Positions 1 through 16,222 are shown, counted from the first letter of the stretch. The stretch: 64,000 nucleotides of DNA from the human T2T-CHM13v2.0 reference genome, Homo sapiens (GCA_009914755.4 CP068257.2:34496001-34560000), one strand, 5' to 3'. The notes: generated from the letters alone by a model not told the origin. Numbers and translations: made by a program.

Positions 1-84
1 AGTGACTGTCATGGTGGTTGGCAGTAGAGGTTGGAAGCCGGTGGTTTTTTTTCGTGGGTTTTTTTTGCTGTTGTTTTGGGGTTG

Positions 85-150
85 TTTTTCTGTGTGAGAC
101 AGAGTTTTGCTCTTGTTGCCCAGGCTGGAGCGCAACTGCGGACTACCAAT
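85..150 (-). mobile_element. Alu fragment (5' ~50 bp only, reverse orientation)
   Basis: T-run then GAGACAGAGTTTTGCTCTTGTTGCCCAGGCTGGAG; truncated. Confidence 0.4.
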
Positions 151-383
151 TTCAGTTGTTTCTATCTACTGGGAAACGGCCGCTCCCTGGTGCCAGCTGC
201 AACCAATTATCATTTTAGCGAGGCAGGATGACAACCTCCGGCCCATCACGTGATGGTCGCCTGACATTTCTGGTGTGTGGGGGGAGCTGTCTCCTGCCCT
301 GCTCATGCCCCACTAGCTACCTACTGTAACATTCTCGGGTATCTGGAATACAGTACTAAGCATCTTAAAAAAAACTTCACTGG

Positions 384-694
384 CGGCCGGGCACAGTGGC
401 TCATGCCTGTAATCCCAACACTTTGGGAGACCAAGGCAGACGGATCACGAGGTGAGGAGTTAGAGACCAGCCTGGCCAACATGGTGAAAACCCCATCTCT
501 ACTAAAAGTACCAAAATGAGCCGGCCATGGTGGCGTGCGCCTGTAGTCCCAGCTACTCAGGAGGCTGAGGCAGGAGAATCACTTGAACCTGGGAGGCGGA
601 GGTTGCAGTGAGCCGAGATTGCACCATTGCACTCCAGCCTGGGCAACTAACAGTGAAACTCTGACTCAAAAAAAAAACAAAAAACAAAAAACAA
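384..694 (+). mobile_element. Alu SINE
   Basis: GGCCGGGCACAGTGGCTCATGCCTGTAATCCCA head, A-rich tail. Confidence 0.9.
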
Positions 695-726
695 CCCCCC
701 CCCCCCCCACACACACACACACACAC
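695..726. repeat. C14 homopolymer followed by (CA)n
   Basis: cccccccccccccc acacacacacacacacac read directly. Confidence 0.95.
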
Positions 727-1245
727 GCAGAGGCAAAATGGCGGGGGGTAACCTTCTAGGGGGTCATTCCACCGGAAACGGGAAGAACGACTCAGGTGAG
801 CATGCCTGCAGCTCCAGTAAACACACGTAACTCCGGTAAACATGCTTGCCTCCCAAGCACAATCAGGTCACTGCGCATGCGGGTGGCTCACCCTAAGGGA
901 AGAATGAAGGGAAAGGGGTGCAAGACGCCGGAAGCAGGGCAGCATGTAAAATCCTAGGTCCAAGGTCAAACGGAGCACTTGACCTCCAAGGTGCCCCCTT
1001 AAGCCTCTTCCAAGTGTACTTTCCTTTCTTTCATTCCTGCTCTAAATCTTTTTCATCAATTTCCACTCCGCTGTAAAACTTGCCTCGGTCTCTTTTCCTG
1101 CCTTATGACAATCTATTTTTTTCTTCTGAGGAAGGAAGAGTTGAGGCTGCTGCAGACCTGTACAGATTCGCTGCCGGTCTCTCAGATAACTTCCACTACT
1201 AGCAAGAAAGCAAACACACCACATCAATGAACCACCACCATGTAG

Positions 1246-1726
<481 letters not shown>

Positions 1727-2255
1727 TAAGTAAGCAAATACTTTGATACAAATAATAGCATACCACGGTAGCCGGAATAAAGCCTCCTCACCAAGGTGTC
1801 CGTGTCCTAATGCCTGGGATCAGTAAATATGTGATACGGCAATAGGGACGGGGCAGCTGATTCAAGTTAAAGGCCTTGAGAAGGCAGATTATCCAGGTGG
1901 GCCCTATGTAATCAAACAAATCCTTAAAGCTGAGAACCTTCCCAGGCTGTAGTCAGAAGAAGATGTGACTTTGGGGTTAGAGAGACGCAAAGTTGCTGGT
2001 ACTGAAGATGGAGGAAGCCACGTAATGCAGGTGACAAAAACACTGATTCTCTCCTTAGCCCCCTGGAAAGGCGTGCAGCCCTGCTGGCGCCTTGATCCCA
2101 GGCAGGTGAGGCCTGTGTCAGACTTCCTACCCCAAAATCAGAAGGTAATAAGTTTGTGTCTTAAGCCCCTAAATTTGAGAACATTTGCTACAGCAACAAT
2201 AGAAAACTAATAAATACACTAGTACCCTTTTCTTTCCTTCTTTCTTCCTTTCCTT

Positions 2256-2853
<598 letters not shown>

Positions 2854-3171
2854 ACCTCCTTTCCTCACTTAATACATTTTGAAGCCTCTTCCCTTTTACA
2901 ATATTTAGAGCTGCCTCATTCTTTTTAATGGCTGCATAGCATCTCATCATATGAGTATTTAATCGTTCTATTAAGGATGGTCACGGGGCTATTTGAGACA
3001 TATAAATAAGTTACAAATAAGTCTGTAATGTCATACTTCCCAATTATTCTCATCTCATAGCACACACAAATATATTAATATTTATATAACACACTGAAGT
3101 GAATTGAAGGTACTGAGGTCATTTACCTTGGACCTTGATGGAAAATGTTACTAATAATACTTTCTTTTTCT

Positions 3172-3757
<586 letters not shown>

Positions 3758-3822
3758 ATACAGTTATTAAACACACAAACACACATACAGGAGAAGATAT
3801 TGACATTGAATTTATATAAAAC

Positions 3823-4113
<291 letters not shown>

Positions 4114-4918
4114 TATACAAAACTTCTAAGTCTTTAATTTTTTTGAAGAAGTTGATTTTTTTTATTTATAATATCAGGCTTTATATTATTTAATATTTTA
4201 AATATCAGGCTTTATGCCTGAAATAGCTGATTCTCATTATTCACCACAGTTATGTTCTATAAAGTCATTGCAAACACTGAATCTGTTAATACTAAATTAT
4301 TGTTCCTAGTGGAAATACAGGGTTAAGTTCCTATGAGCCTCTGGCCACATTTTTATAAACTGAAATGCCACTTGTGGTACAGGTTCATTTGCCAACTTCC
4401 TTGCATAACAAACCAGTTTCATTAGCATTGAAAACCTGTTCTTCCACAGGACTCTTTTAAAATATCACTCAGCAGGTATTTTAAAAATTCTTCCAGATCT
4501 GCAGAACATGCCTCACCTGCAACTTGATGTTTTTCACTCCATGTCACCTTCTGAAACACGCTTGCTGACCAGCAGTGGCTGAGAAGGGTTTAACAATGTT
4601 CTAATCCTGTATCATGTGACTGGAAGTTTCTTGGGCTTTCAGCTTCACAGTGCTGTCTGCTATGTTTGGTTGGTTTTGTTAAATGGGTCGTCATCTCAGG
4701 AATCCACAAATGTAGCCACTTCTCCATAGCTTCATCACAGATTGGCAGTCTTCTTCCTTTTTCTGGATGGACTGTATTGTTAACTCATTCATGCTGAGCT
4801 CACAGCCAACAGCACTACAACTCATGCCTGAATCGAAGCCTATCAAAGGCCCATCCCAGCCTTCCTGTGCCAAGGAATGCTGGACAACACTTCAGCATTC
4901 TGCATGGGGCCATTTTGA

Positions 4919-5213
4919 ACAGGCACAGTGGCTCACACCTATAATCCCAACACTTTGGGAAGCCAAGGTGGGCAGATCACTTGAGGTCAGGAGTTTGACA
5001 CCAGCCTGGCCAACATGGTGAAACCCCATCTCTACTAAAAATACAAAAATTAGCTGGGCGTAGTGGTGCGCACCTGTAATCCCAGCTACTAGGGAAGCTG
5101 AGGCAGGAGAATTGCTTGAACCCCAGAGTGCAGTGGTTGCAGTGAGCCGAGATTGCACCACTGCACTCCAGCCTGGGTCACAGAGCAAGACTCTGTCTTA
5201 ACCAAAAAAAAAA
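4919..5213 (+). mobile_element. Alu SINE
   Basis: GGCACAGTGGCTCACACCTATAATCCCAACACTTTGGGAAGCCAAGGTGG head, A-tail. Confidence 0.9.
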
Positions 5214-5589
5214 ATCACCACCAAGAGGCACAAAAATGTGAAAAATGTGGCACTAAGACCACAAAAAGGACACTGATTTACAATATCAGAGCAAAACAAG
5301 AAGGCAGGGTGTCCCCTTGTTTGACTTCATCTGCGAACGTGCGTGTTAGGTGATAAAAATTTTTGCCACTCTGTGCGTACCTGCAAACAGCTGCAAAAGT
5401 GCCAGGAGCACTGATTTTGGAGTTACGAGTAAATTTTAGTGAGTAGTTGAATTCACAAAATGGAGTTCATGAATAATGAGGACTCTCTAGATGCAATTCC
5501 TGATCAAGATAACTTTTTAAAGATGATCGCTTCCTTTTTTTTTTTTTTTTTTTTTTTAGTGTTACCATTGATTAGAAAATGTGTTTGCA

Positions 5590-5898
5590 GGCCGGGCATG
5601 GTGGCTCACGCCTGTAATCCCAGCACTTTGGGAGGCTGAGGCAGGCAGATCACAAGGTCAGGAGATCGAGACCATCCTGGCTAACACGGTGAAACCCCGT
5701 CTCTACTATAAATAACAAAAAATTAGCCGAGCATGGCGGCAGGTGCCTGTAGTCCCAGCTACTTGGGAGGCCGAGGCAGGAGAATGGCGTGAACCCCCGG
5801 GAGGCGAAGCTTGCAGTGAGCCAAGATCACGCCACTGCACTCCAGCCTGGGTGACAGAACGAGACTCCATCTCAAAAAAAAAAAAAAAAAAAAAAAAA
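5590..5898 (+). mobile_element. Alu SINE (AluY-like)
   Basis: GGCCGGGCATGGTGGCTCACGCCTGTAATCCCAGCACTTTGGGAGGCTGAGGCAGGCAGATCACAAGGTCAGGAGATCGAGACCATCCTGGCTAACACGGTGAAACCCCGTCTCTACTA, long A-tail. Confidence 0.92.
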
Positions 5899-6742
5899 GG
5901 GAAATGTGTTTGCTCAAGTAGGTGGGAACAAACAGGAGACTGTTTATCCCTATTTTTTAAACATTTTCTGTTCTTGCCATTAACTAGATTTCAGATAATT
6001 TAATCTATTTAATTCATAGTTCTAAGCAATAGTCTAGTCTTTAAATCTAATAGCTTTTCTTTTCATTCACAAATTGACATTGTCCTGTGATATTGTCAAT
6101 GAATTCTGAGTCCAGTCAAACTTTTCCATTTCAAATCATCACTAACCAAAAGAAGCAGAATTTCAGCTACAAATGCAATCACATGTCATTTCAAATTTTG
6201 TAGTAGCACATTGCAGTAAAAAAGAAACATGTGAAACTAACATTTTAACATTTAATTTCACCCAACACGAAATATCATTGGAAAATGATGTGTGTTTTGC
6301 AGTATGATCAGCGTGAAAAATATTAGTGAGGTACTTAACAATTTTCTGTACTAAGTCTTTGAAAGTTTCTGTTGATGGCAACATCTCATTCAGGCTGGTA
6401 ACATTAACATTAAGTGCTCACTAGCCACAATGTTACTACCTCATTGAACAGTATTTCAAAAATAACACTCAAGCCATTCCTCAAGTACACGTAAATATTA
6501 TTCTAGTAACTATAATTTTTTAGAATTAAATTTATATTAATAATGCTGACTAGTAGCTACTAGTAAAAAATTCCTAAACTCACTTTTCCAAAGTTAAATT
6601 TTTGCTTTAAAAGCATACACTTTTTCAATACACATTTGTATCTGTACATACATATGAGATATTTTCACATGATCCATGCAGTATTCTTTTCTTTCTTTCC
6701 TTCTTTCTTTTATTTTCTTTCTTGTTTTTTGTTTCTGTTTTT

Positions 6743-7037
6743 ATTTTTTTGGAGTCAGGGTCTAACTCCCATAGCCCAGGCTGGAGTGCAGTGGTATGAC
6801 ATGATCTTGGCTCACTGCAACCCCCACCTGCCAGGCTCAAGTGATCCTCCCACCTCAGCCTCCCAAGTAGCTGGGACTATAGGCGTGCACCACTGCACCT
6901 GGCTAATTTTTGTCTTTTTAAAAGAGATGGAGTTTTGCCATGTTGCCCAGACTGGTCTGGAACTCCTGGGCTCAAGCTATCTGCCTGCCTCAGCCTCTCA
7001 AAGTGTTGGGATTACAGACATGAGCCACTGTGCTTGG
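6743..7037 (-). mobile_element. Alu SINE
   Basis: T-rich head, CCCAGGCTGGAGTGCAGTGGTATGAC ... GACATGAGCCACTGTGCTTGGC. Confidence 0.85.
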
Positions 7038-7057
7038 CAATATTAATTTTAAAAAAA

Positions 7058-7377
7058 TTTTTTAGAGACATAGTCTCACTCTGTCACCCAGGCTAGAATG
7101 CAGTAGTGTGATGATAGGTCACTTGCAGCCTCAAGCTCCTGGGCTCAAGGGATTCTCCTGCTTCAGCCTCCTAAGTAGGTAGGACTACAGGTGCACACCA
7201 CCACACCTGGCTAATTTTTTTAATGTTTTGTGGAGATGGCTAATTTTTAAAATTTTTTGTGAAGATGGAGTCTCACTGTGATGCCCAGGATGGTCTCAGA
7301 CTCCTGGCCTCAAGTCATCCTCCCGCCTCAGCCTCACAAAGTGCTGGGATTACAGGTGTGAGCCACCACGCTCCGCC
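7058..7377 (-). mobile_element. Alu SINE (with ~25 bp internal duplication)
   Basis: TTTTTTAGAGACATAGTCTCACTCTGTCACCCAGGCTAGAATGCAG ... GTGTGAGCCACCACGCTCCGCC. Confidence 0.85.
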
Positions 7378-7905
7378 TCCCTAATCTTTACTGTATTACC
7401 TACTGGGCAATGTAAGTGATTTTTTGACTGCCAGTCTAGGGAGTCAGATGACTGCCCAGCTTGTGGTGGCCGGCCTCCAAGACCATCCCATGATCCCTGC
7501 CTTCTGTTCTTCAGACCCTGTGTAGGCCCTTCCCACACTGGATCAGACTTGCTCTGTGTGACCAGCAGACATGGGGAAGGAATGGTAGAAGAAACTAGGT
7601 CATAAAAGACAGTTTGGCTTTCATCTTCCCCCTCTCTTGGTTCACTCAGTCTGGAGGAAGCCAGCTGCAGTGTCTTGAGGCCACCCAAGGAGAGGCCCTC
7701 TTGGCTAAGAGCTGAGGCCTCCAGCCACCAGCTTTCTGTCCCCAGATGACCGCAGCCCCAGCTGACAGCAAGATGGCTCACGAGAGGCCCCGAGGCGGAA
7801 CTACCCAGCCAAGCTACTCTCATTCCTGATCTACAGAAACTGAGAAAATAAATGTTTTAAGCCAACAAAGTTTGAAGTAACTTGTTATGTAGCAATAAGT
7901 TACTA

Positions 7906-8233
<328 letters not shown>

Positions 8234-8327
8234 TGTTATATTTAGATATAAAGAATTTAAGGGACTAAAGAGTTTCCACAGTTTTTTTTCAAACTTTTGA
8301 AATTTGATATTTCAAAAAATAAATCTT

Positions 8328-8588
8328 GGCCAGGCACAGTGGCTCATGCCTGTAATCCCAGCGTTTTGGGAGGCTGAGGTTAGCAGATCACTTGAGGTCA
8401 GGAGATCGAGACCAGCCTGGGTAACATGGCGAAACCCCATCTCTACAAAAAATACAAAACACTAGCCGAGTATTGTGGTGCATGCCTGTAGTCCCAGCAA
8501 CTTGGAGAGAGACAGGAGGTTGAGGCCACAGTGAGCCATGATCATGCCACTGCACTCCAGCCTGGGTGACAGGGTGAGACCCTGAATC
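8328..8588 (+). mobile_element. Alu SINE
   Basis: GGCCAGGCACAGTGGCTCATGCCTGTAATCCCAGCGTTTTGGGAGG head. Confidence 0.88.
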
Positions 8589-8938
8589 AATTAATCCATC
8601 TTACATCAGCCACTTCTTAGGAATGCTTTAAACCAACTCAACCTTTTTAGATTAAGCATAGATGAGCGAAATACAATATGGAAATATTAGTTTTACTTAA
8701 AATTCTGAAAAAGCAACAAAATATTATATTCATGTAGAATCAATTGTGAAAAAAACTGATTCCTGAAGCCACAAAGTCTACACCTTTATTGTATCAACTT
8801 TATGTTCAATTAATATTTTTAAGAATATTTCTATGATTAAAAATTAATTATAAATCCTATCAAGAATCAAACTTACTAAATGTTAACTTTAAAAGCCAGT
8901 AAGATCTACAACACAGATGAACCTTGAAACATACTAAG

Positions 8939-9249
8939 AGAGGCTGGTTGTGGTCGCTCATGTCTGTAATCCCAGGACTTTGGGAGGCTGAGGTGGGCAG
9001 ATCACTGGAGCCCAGGAGTTTGAAACCAGCCTGGCTAACATGGTGCAAGCTTGTGTCTACAAAAAAATACAAAAAATGAGCAGGGCATGGTGGTGCACCC
9101 CTGTAGTCCCACCTACACAGAAGACTGAGGTAGGAGGATCACTTGAGCCCAGGGAGGTCAAGACTGCAGTGAGCTATGATTGCACCACTGGGCTCCAGCC
9201 TGAGCAACAGAGCGAGACCTTGTCTCAAAAAAGAAAAAAAAAAAAAAAA
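8939..9249 (+). mobile_element. Alu SINE
   Basis: GAGGCTGGTTGTGGTCGCTCATGTCTGTAATCCCAGGACTTTGGGAGG head, A-tail. Confidence 0.88.
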
Positions 9250-9958
9250 CCCACTACGTGAAAGTCAGTCACAAAGGGCCACATCTTACTGTTTCATTTA
9301 TCTGAAATGTCTAGAATTGGTAAGTCTATATAGATGGAAAACAGGTTAGTGGCTGCCTAGGGATGAAGGCATGGAAGGAAATGGGGAATGACTGCTAATG
9401 GCTATGGGGTTTGTTTTAGGGGTGATGAAAATGTCCCAAAATAGTGGTAATGGTTGTATAATTCTGTGAACATACTATCAATCATTGAATTGTATACTTT
9501 AAATGGGATTTAATTCACATTACATCTCAATAAAACTATTTTTTAAAGAAGAAAATGTTCAAGGAACAAGGGTTGCTAAATAACAGAGGATAACTGTTGT
9601 TTGACAACAGCACAAAAATTATTTCCCAAAAAGTGTAATGGCCCTGGAAAATGAGTGCAACGGGATCTTCTCTTGAACCTGGATAGCGGGGTGTGGACAG
9701 CTGGGCGCACTGAAGGCGGTGATACAGAACTAAAAGCAACAAGACAGCTATGAAGGGAAAAGAAAATCAGTGTGGCTACCAAGACATTTTAGTGTCTGCT
9801 TTCAAGAAGGTCCTCCCCCCATGCTTGGCTCATGATATGGGGTGAGTCTCTTGTTAGAGTGGAACATATAGGTCAGTGTAAAGTGTGGAGACCAGCACCT
9901 GACTCTGAGCAAGAGTTCCATGAATATTAGCTTTCTATTTTTAAAAACCCACTAAAAG

Positions 9959-10221
9959 TCTGGGCACAGTGGCTCATGCCTATAATCTCAGCACTTTGGG
10001 AGGCTGTAGTGGGTAGGATCGTTTGAGCCCAGGAATTTGAGACCAGCCTGAGCAACACAGTGAGAACCCATGTCTACCAAAAATTTAGCCAGGCTTGGTG
10101 GTGCACACCTGTAGTCCCAACTGCTCAGGAAGCTTGAACCCAAGAGGTTGAAGCTGCAGTGAGCCGAGATCACGCCACTGCATTCCAGCCTGGCCAACAG
10201 AGGGAGCCTGTCTCAAAAAAA

Positions 10222-10256
<35 letters not shown>
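9959..10256 (+). mobile_element. Alu SINE with (AAAT)n tail
   Basis: TGGGCACAGTGGCTCATGCCTATAATCTCAGCACTTTGGGAGG head; tail aaataaataaat... Confidence 0.88.
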
Positions 10257-10257
<1 letters not shown>

Positions 10258-10369
10258 AAAAAAATATGAAGCCACTAACAAAGGAGGGTAGGAAATAGTT
10301 AACAATCCAGTTATATTCTCTTTAGAGACACGCAATACCAGATAACAAAAACAATAAAGATGGCTATCT

Positions 10370-10800
10370 TAGTCCCTTTTCTGTTGCTATAACTGAATGC
10401 CTGAGACTGGGTAAATTGTAAAGAAAATACATTCATTTCTTACGGTCTGGAGGCTGGAAGTTCAAGGTCAAGGAGCTGCATCTGGTGAGGGCCTTCTTGC
10501 TAGTGGGGACTCTCTGCAGAGTTCCAAGGTGGTACAGGGTCACATGGCAAGGAGTACACAAGAGAATGCCAAGTGGCTTTTATAACAGACTCAGTTTTAA
10601 AATAACTAACCCATTCCCATGATAACCCATTAATCCATTAACCCATTAATCCATGATATATTAATCCTTTGGTGAGGACAGAGCACTAATGACCCAATCA
10701 CCTCGTACAGGCTCCACCTGTCAATATTGTTACATTTGGGATTAAGTTTCATCATGAGTTTCAGAGGGGAGAAGCATTCAAACCATAGCAAACTCCTATG
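10370..10800 (-). mobile_element. Old primate L1 3'-end-type repeat (antisense)
   Basis: Reverse complement of the L1P/L1M 3' region motif ...TTATAAATTACCCAGTCTCAGG...; contains TTCTGTTGCTATAACTGAATGCCTGAGACTGGGTAAATTGTAAAG and CCAATCACCTC...CCACCTG...ACATTTGGGATTA recognised from memory. Confidence 0.45.
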
Positions 10801-10849
10801 ATGGTAGAAAAATAAATATAAGAGCAAACTGTACCAAAAGGAAACTAAG

Positions 10850-11262
10850 CTTTATATATGCTTCTATAGTTTGAATTATGTGTCCTCCCAAAATTTATAT
10901 GTTGAAACCTAATCACCAAGATGATGGTATTAGAAAGTGGAGCTTTTGGGGAGGTGATTGGGTCATGAGGGCTCTGTCCTCACAAATGGGATTAATGACC
11001 TTATAAAAGATATATAAGGGAGCTGCTTCCCTCCTTTTTGCCCTTCCACCATGTGAAGACAAAGCGTCCATCCCCTCTGGAGGGCAAAACAACAAGGCAT
11101 CATCTTGGAAGCACAGACCAGGCCCTCACTAGACTTCCTAGAACCTTGACCTTGGACTTTCTAGTCTCCAGAACCACAAGAAGTAAATTTCTATTGTTTA
11201 TAAATTACCCAGTCTCATGTATTTTGTTATAGCAGCACAAATGGACTAAGACATGCAGGCAA
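10850..11262 (+). mobile_element. Old primate L1 3'-end-type repeat (sense)
   Basis: TATGTGTCCTCCCAAAATTTATATGTTGAAACCTAATCACCAAGATGATGGTATTAG...CTCCAGAACCACAAGAAGTAAATTTCTATTGTTTATAAATTACCCAGTCTCATGTATTTTGTTATAGCAGCACAAATGGACTAAGACA matches the family consensus from memory. Confidence 0.5.
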
Positions 11263-11274
11263 GAATTTATGATA

Positions 11275-11584
11275 GGCCGGGCACGGTGGCTCATGCCTGT
11301 AATTCCAGCACTTTAGGAGGCTGGGGTGGGAGGATCATCTGAGATCAGGAGTTTGAGACCAGCCTGGCCAACATGGCGAAATCCCATCTCTACTAAAAAA
11401 CATATATATATACAAAAATTAGCCAGGTGTGGTGGTGCACACTTGTAATCTTAGCTACTCAGGAGGCTAAGACAGGAGAATTGCAGAATTCTTCTGCAAT
11501 TCAGGAAGCAGAGGTTGCAGTGAGCTGAGATCGTGCCACTGTACTCCAGCCTGGGCAACAGAGCAAGACTCCATCTCAAAAAAG
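11275..11584 (+). mobile_element. Alu SINE with TSD AGAATTTATGATA
   Basis: GGCCGGGCACGGTGGCTCATGCCTGTAATTCCAGCACTTTAGGAGG head; the same 13-mer flanks both ends. Confidence 0.92.
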
Positions 11585-11602
11585 AATTTATGATAAACAA
11601 GT

Positions 11603-11901
11603 CAGGCTATCCAGATGCAAGGGCTCATGCCTGTAATTCCAGGACTTTAGGAGGCCAAGGTAGGAGGATTGCTCTAGCCCAGGAGTTCAAGACCACCTTG
11701 GGCAACATAGCAAGACCCCACCTCTTAAAAACATATATAAAAATAAAAAATTGTCCAGGCATGGTGGCACAGACCTGTAGTCTCAGCTACAAAGGATCGC
11801 TTGAGCCTGGGAGGTCAAGGCTGCAGTGAGCCATTATCATGCCACTGCATTCCATCCTGGGCAACAGAGCAAGACACTGTCTCAAAAAAGAAAAAAAAAA
11901 A
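11603..11901 (+). mobile_element. Alu SINE (diverged)
   Basis: GGGCTCATGCCTGTAATTCCAGGACTTTAGGAGGCCAAGGTAGGAGG ... A-tail. Confidence 0.8.
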
Positions 11902-12115
11902 TTCAGGCTAAATAATATATTAGACCAGTTGAAAGGGATCAATAGAAACATTAAAGAAAGATTCTATAGTGGGTTAGTTCTGCAGTGTCCCCTCAAAATT
12001 CATGTCCACCTGCCATCTCAGAATGTGCCCTTTTGGTAATAGGGTCTTTACAGATGTAATTAGTTAAGATGAGATTATGCTGGAAGACTAATGTCCTTAT
12101 AAGAAGAGGAGAAGG

Positions 12116-12417
<302 letters not shown>

Positions 12418-14598
12418 GGAACAGGAGAGGAGAAGACATACACAGATGCTCAGCAGAGACAGCAGCCATATGAAGACAGAGGCAGACATTGGTGTGATGC
12501 TGCCCCAAGACAAGGAATGCCAAAGATTGCTAGCAACCACCAGCAAGTGGAAGAGGCAGGGAAGGATTCTTTCCCAGCGCTTGGAGAGAGAGCATGGTCC
12601 TGACAACATTTTGATCTCGGACTTCTGGCTTCCAGAACTATGAGAGAATGAAGCTCTGCACCTGTATTTGGTGTTTAGTTATGGTGACCGCAGGAAACTG
12701 ATACATATGCCATGTAGTGCAGCCACTCAACCACAAGGGGCACTGTCTGGCAGCAAGTTCTACAAACACAAACTGTCCAAAATAATCACTGAAGTTCACA
12801 GAGAAAGCCATACAAATAGCATTCAAATATTTTTAACGATGATCAACAGGCTACAATTTATCATTTTTAAAAACATAAAACCATTATCATCTTGCTGAAT
12901 AATTCATGACCTTTGTAACAAACTGGCTGAGAACCACTTTTAAAGAACATCCTGGTCCGGCTATCATTACACACACGGGAGGGTATCTGTAGGATAAATT
13001 CCCCCAACAATTCCCTTTCCAGGAAGAGACGCATATTTTTAATTTCAATAGACAACAGCCAAATTGCCCTCCAAAGAGGAAGTACATTACACTCGCCAGA
13101 AATATACATGAATGGCTGGTTTTCCCCAGGCTTGGCAATACTTTGCCAAGCTAAGAGGTAAGAATGGGCTTTAAAATAAACCCTGATCCAGTTCCCAAGG
13201 AGAGGACTGGGGCCTTCGGACCCACATTTCCCAGCACAGGTGCTTCACCAGCCTGCCATGGCCCCTTCTCTGTCCAGTTTAGCAAGGGTGTGGCAGATTT
13301 CCTTTCAGGCACAGAGCCCAGCCTTCCAGACATCACACTTAAACTGGTTCCTACCACATTTGCAAGGAGAATCTCTTCTTCCAAGTCAGCAGTGTTTACA
13401 ATAAGCAGTATGCTTTTCCCTGAGTCACTCTGAATATAGAGACCAGAAACCAATTCCAGGGTAGCAAAGGGACAGCCACCACGGTGACCTCAAGCATACA
13501 AATCACACACCTGCTTGTCCTGCCTGGTCAAGCCCTGTTGGGACCATGCATAATCCTGACCCCAGCACTCAGGCACAGAACACTTAGGAGAGGAAGGCGA
13601 GGTTTCAGCTACATGAGGTGGCATCGTAGGAATTGTCTTCTCCCTGACACCCCCCATGGCACTCAACAGCCTCACTGTCCTGACCCTAAGCCACTTTGTG
13701 ACCCACCCCTGGGAAGGGCAGGCAGTGAAGAACTAGGCATAGAGAAGAGGAGGTGGGGAGTTACCAAGCTGTTTGCTGACCTCTTCATTTGACTCAGAAC
13801 CTGACCTTAATCTTGCTTCCAGAAAAACAATGGGCCCCATTCCTGCCCAAGCTTGCCTTCTGCAACCCAGACTTTCTTAGAACGCGATGGGAGTCAAGAG
13901 CGCTTTCTTTAAGGCGAAGCTGTAGACAGGTTCCCCTCACCTCCCACCTCTGCCCACATTATCTGCCTCTAGCAAATAATGGTAGTCATGACTGTGCCTG
14001 TTACCCAGGAGAACACCAATCAATGGCTGTAAAGACATGAATGTATGGTTTTAGATGGTGTCTGCCTGCCTTTGCTGAAAAAATGTAAGAACAGCAAACA
14101 TTTATGTATTACCGTTTGTCAGTACTGCTCTAAGCACTTTTATAATATTAAACATTCATGCTGTACTCCTTACAGCAATCGTAAGAGCTAGGCACTAAAA
14201 CTATTCCCATTGTACAGATGAGCAAACTGAGACACTGAGAGATTGGGAACCTTGCCCAAGATCACACAGTGAGTAAGTAGGAGCTACAATAAGGAGCCAT
14301 GAAGGCAGGGAGCTCCACTCCTGCCCTTCCCAGGCCTCTGTTCACTCCTGAGCATGACTGGTACCTAACAGGTGCTCAGACAGTCGCTGGATGCAGATGA
14401 GGGAACGGCTGTGGACATTCAGTCCTTCAGACCACAAAAGGACTTTGGAAGGAGAAGAACCCTGGAAGAATGCCATGTTACTGGCAAAGGTTTGGGTTCT
14501 TACCCAGTGATTTGGTAAACACAAAGGGACAATGGCATTAAGTGATAGCAAAGCCAATCTAAACAGAATCACAGCAGTAAACCACCAGAACCCACAAC

Positions 14599-15133
<535 letters not shown>

Positions 15134-15732
15134 CAGTCTTTTTCTTAAAAAATCTGCTCACAATTCCAATTATTTGCGCAATGCTGTACTAAGTACAAGA
15201 GAAAGGTGTTTCCTCTCAGCCAGGACAGAAGGTAGGAATCTTCCTGTAACTGCAGTCCTTTCTATGGCCACTAAAACAAATTACCACAAACTGAGGGGCG
15301 TGAGATAACACATGTTTATGATCTTATCATTCTGGAGGTTAGAAGTCCTAAAGTCAAGGTATCAGAGCCGTGCTCCTTCCAGAATCCCTGAGGGAGGAAC
15401 CCCTCTGCTGTCCTGTCAACTTCTGGAGGCTGTCTGTGTTCCTTGGCACATGCCCTTCCTCCATCTCCAAATCTCTCCTGACCTCTGCTTCTACCACATC
15501 TTCGTCTTGGACCCTTCTGCCTCCCTCTCATAAAGACCCTTGGGTCTACACTGGACCCACCTTGGTAACCCAGGCTAATCTCCCCACATCAAGATCCGTA
15601 ATCACTTCTGCAAAGTCCCTCTTGTGAAGGAAAGCAAATTCACAGGCTCTGCAGATTCTAATGCAGACCTCTTGGGGGAGGGGCATTATTCTGTCGACGG
15701 CAATAACCGGAGCCATTTCTTTCTTTCTTTCT

Positions 15733-15899
15733 TTCTTTTTCTTTTTTTTTTTTTTGAGACAAAGTCTCACTCTATTGCCAGGCTCCAGTGCCGTGGTGTG
15801 ATCTTGGCTCACTGCAACCTCCACCCCCTGGGTTCAAGCAATTCTCCTGCCTCAGCCTCCTGAGTAGCTGAGACTACAGATGGACGCCACCACACCTGG
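15733..15899 (-). mobile_element. Alu partial (right arm only)
   Basis: poly-T GAGACAAAGTCTCACTCTATTGCCAGGCTCCAGTGCCGTGGTG...CCACCACACCTGG then next Alu starts. Confidence 0.75.
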
Positions 15900-16222
15900 T
15901 TTTTTTTTGTTTTGTTTTGTTTTGTTTTTTTGTTTTTGAGACAGAGTCTCACTCTGTCTCTGTCACCCAGGCTGGAATGCAGTGGCCTGATCTCAGCTCA
16001 CTGCAAGCTCTGCCTCCCAGGTTCACACCATTCTCCTACCTCAGCCCTCCCGAGTAGCTGGGACTACAGGCGACCGCCACCATGCCCGGCCAGTTATTTT
16101 TTCGTATTTTTAGTAGAGACAGGGTTTCACCGTGTTAGCCAGGATAGTCTTGAACTCCTGGTTTCAAGTGATCTGCCTGCCTTGGCCTCCCAAAATGCTG
16201 GGATTACAGGTATGAGCCACAG
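15900..16222 (-). mobile_element. Alu SINE
   Basis: (TTTTG)n head, GAGACAGAGTCTCACTCTGTC...CAGGCTGGAATGCAGTGG ... GGTATGAGCCACAGG. Confidence 0.85.

Noticed and set aside
4130-4915. ~780-bp AT-rich unique-looking block with internal short repeats (TATCAGGCTTTAT twice), possibly a DNA-transposon remnant (Tigger/Charlie/MER-like)
   Set aside because: I could not match it confidently to any family consensus from memory, so it is left unannotated.
6000-6640. AT-rich ~640-bp block that might be an old DNA-transposon or L2/MIR remnant
   Set aside because: No confident family assignment is possible without a repeat-library search.
7350-7823. 157-aa minus-strand ORF in unique sequence between Alus
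   Set aside because: No recognisable protein similarity and no splice-site or start context. Probably a chance ORF in moderately GC-rich intergenic DNA.
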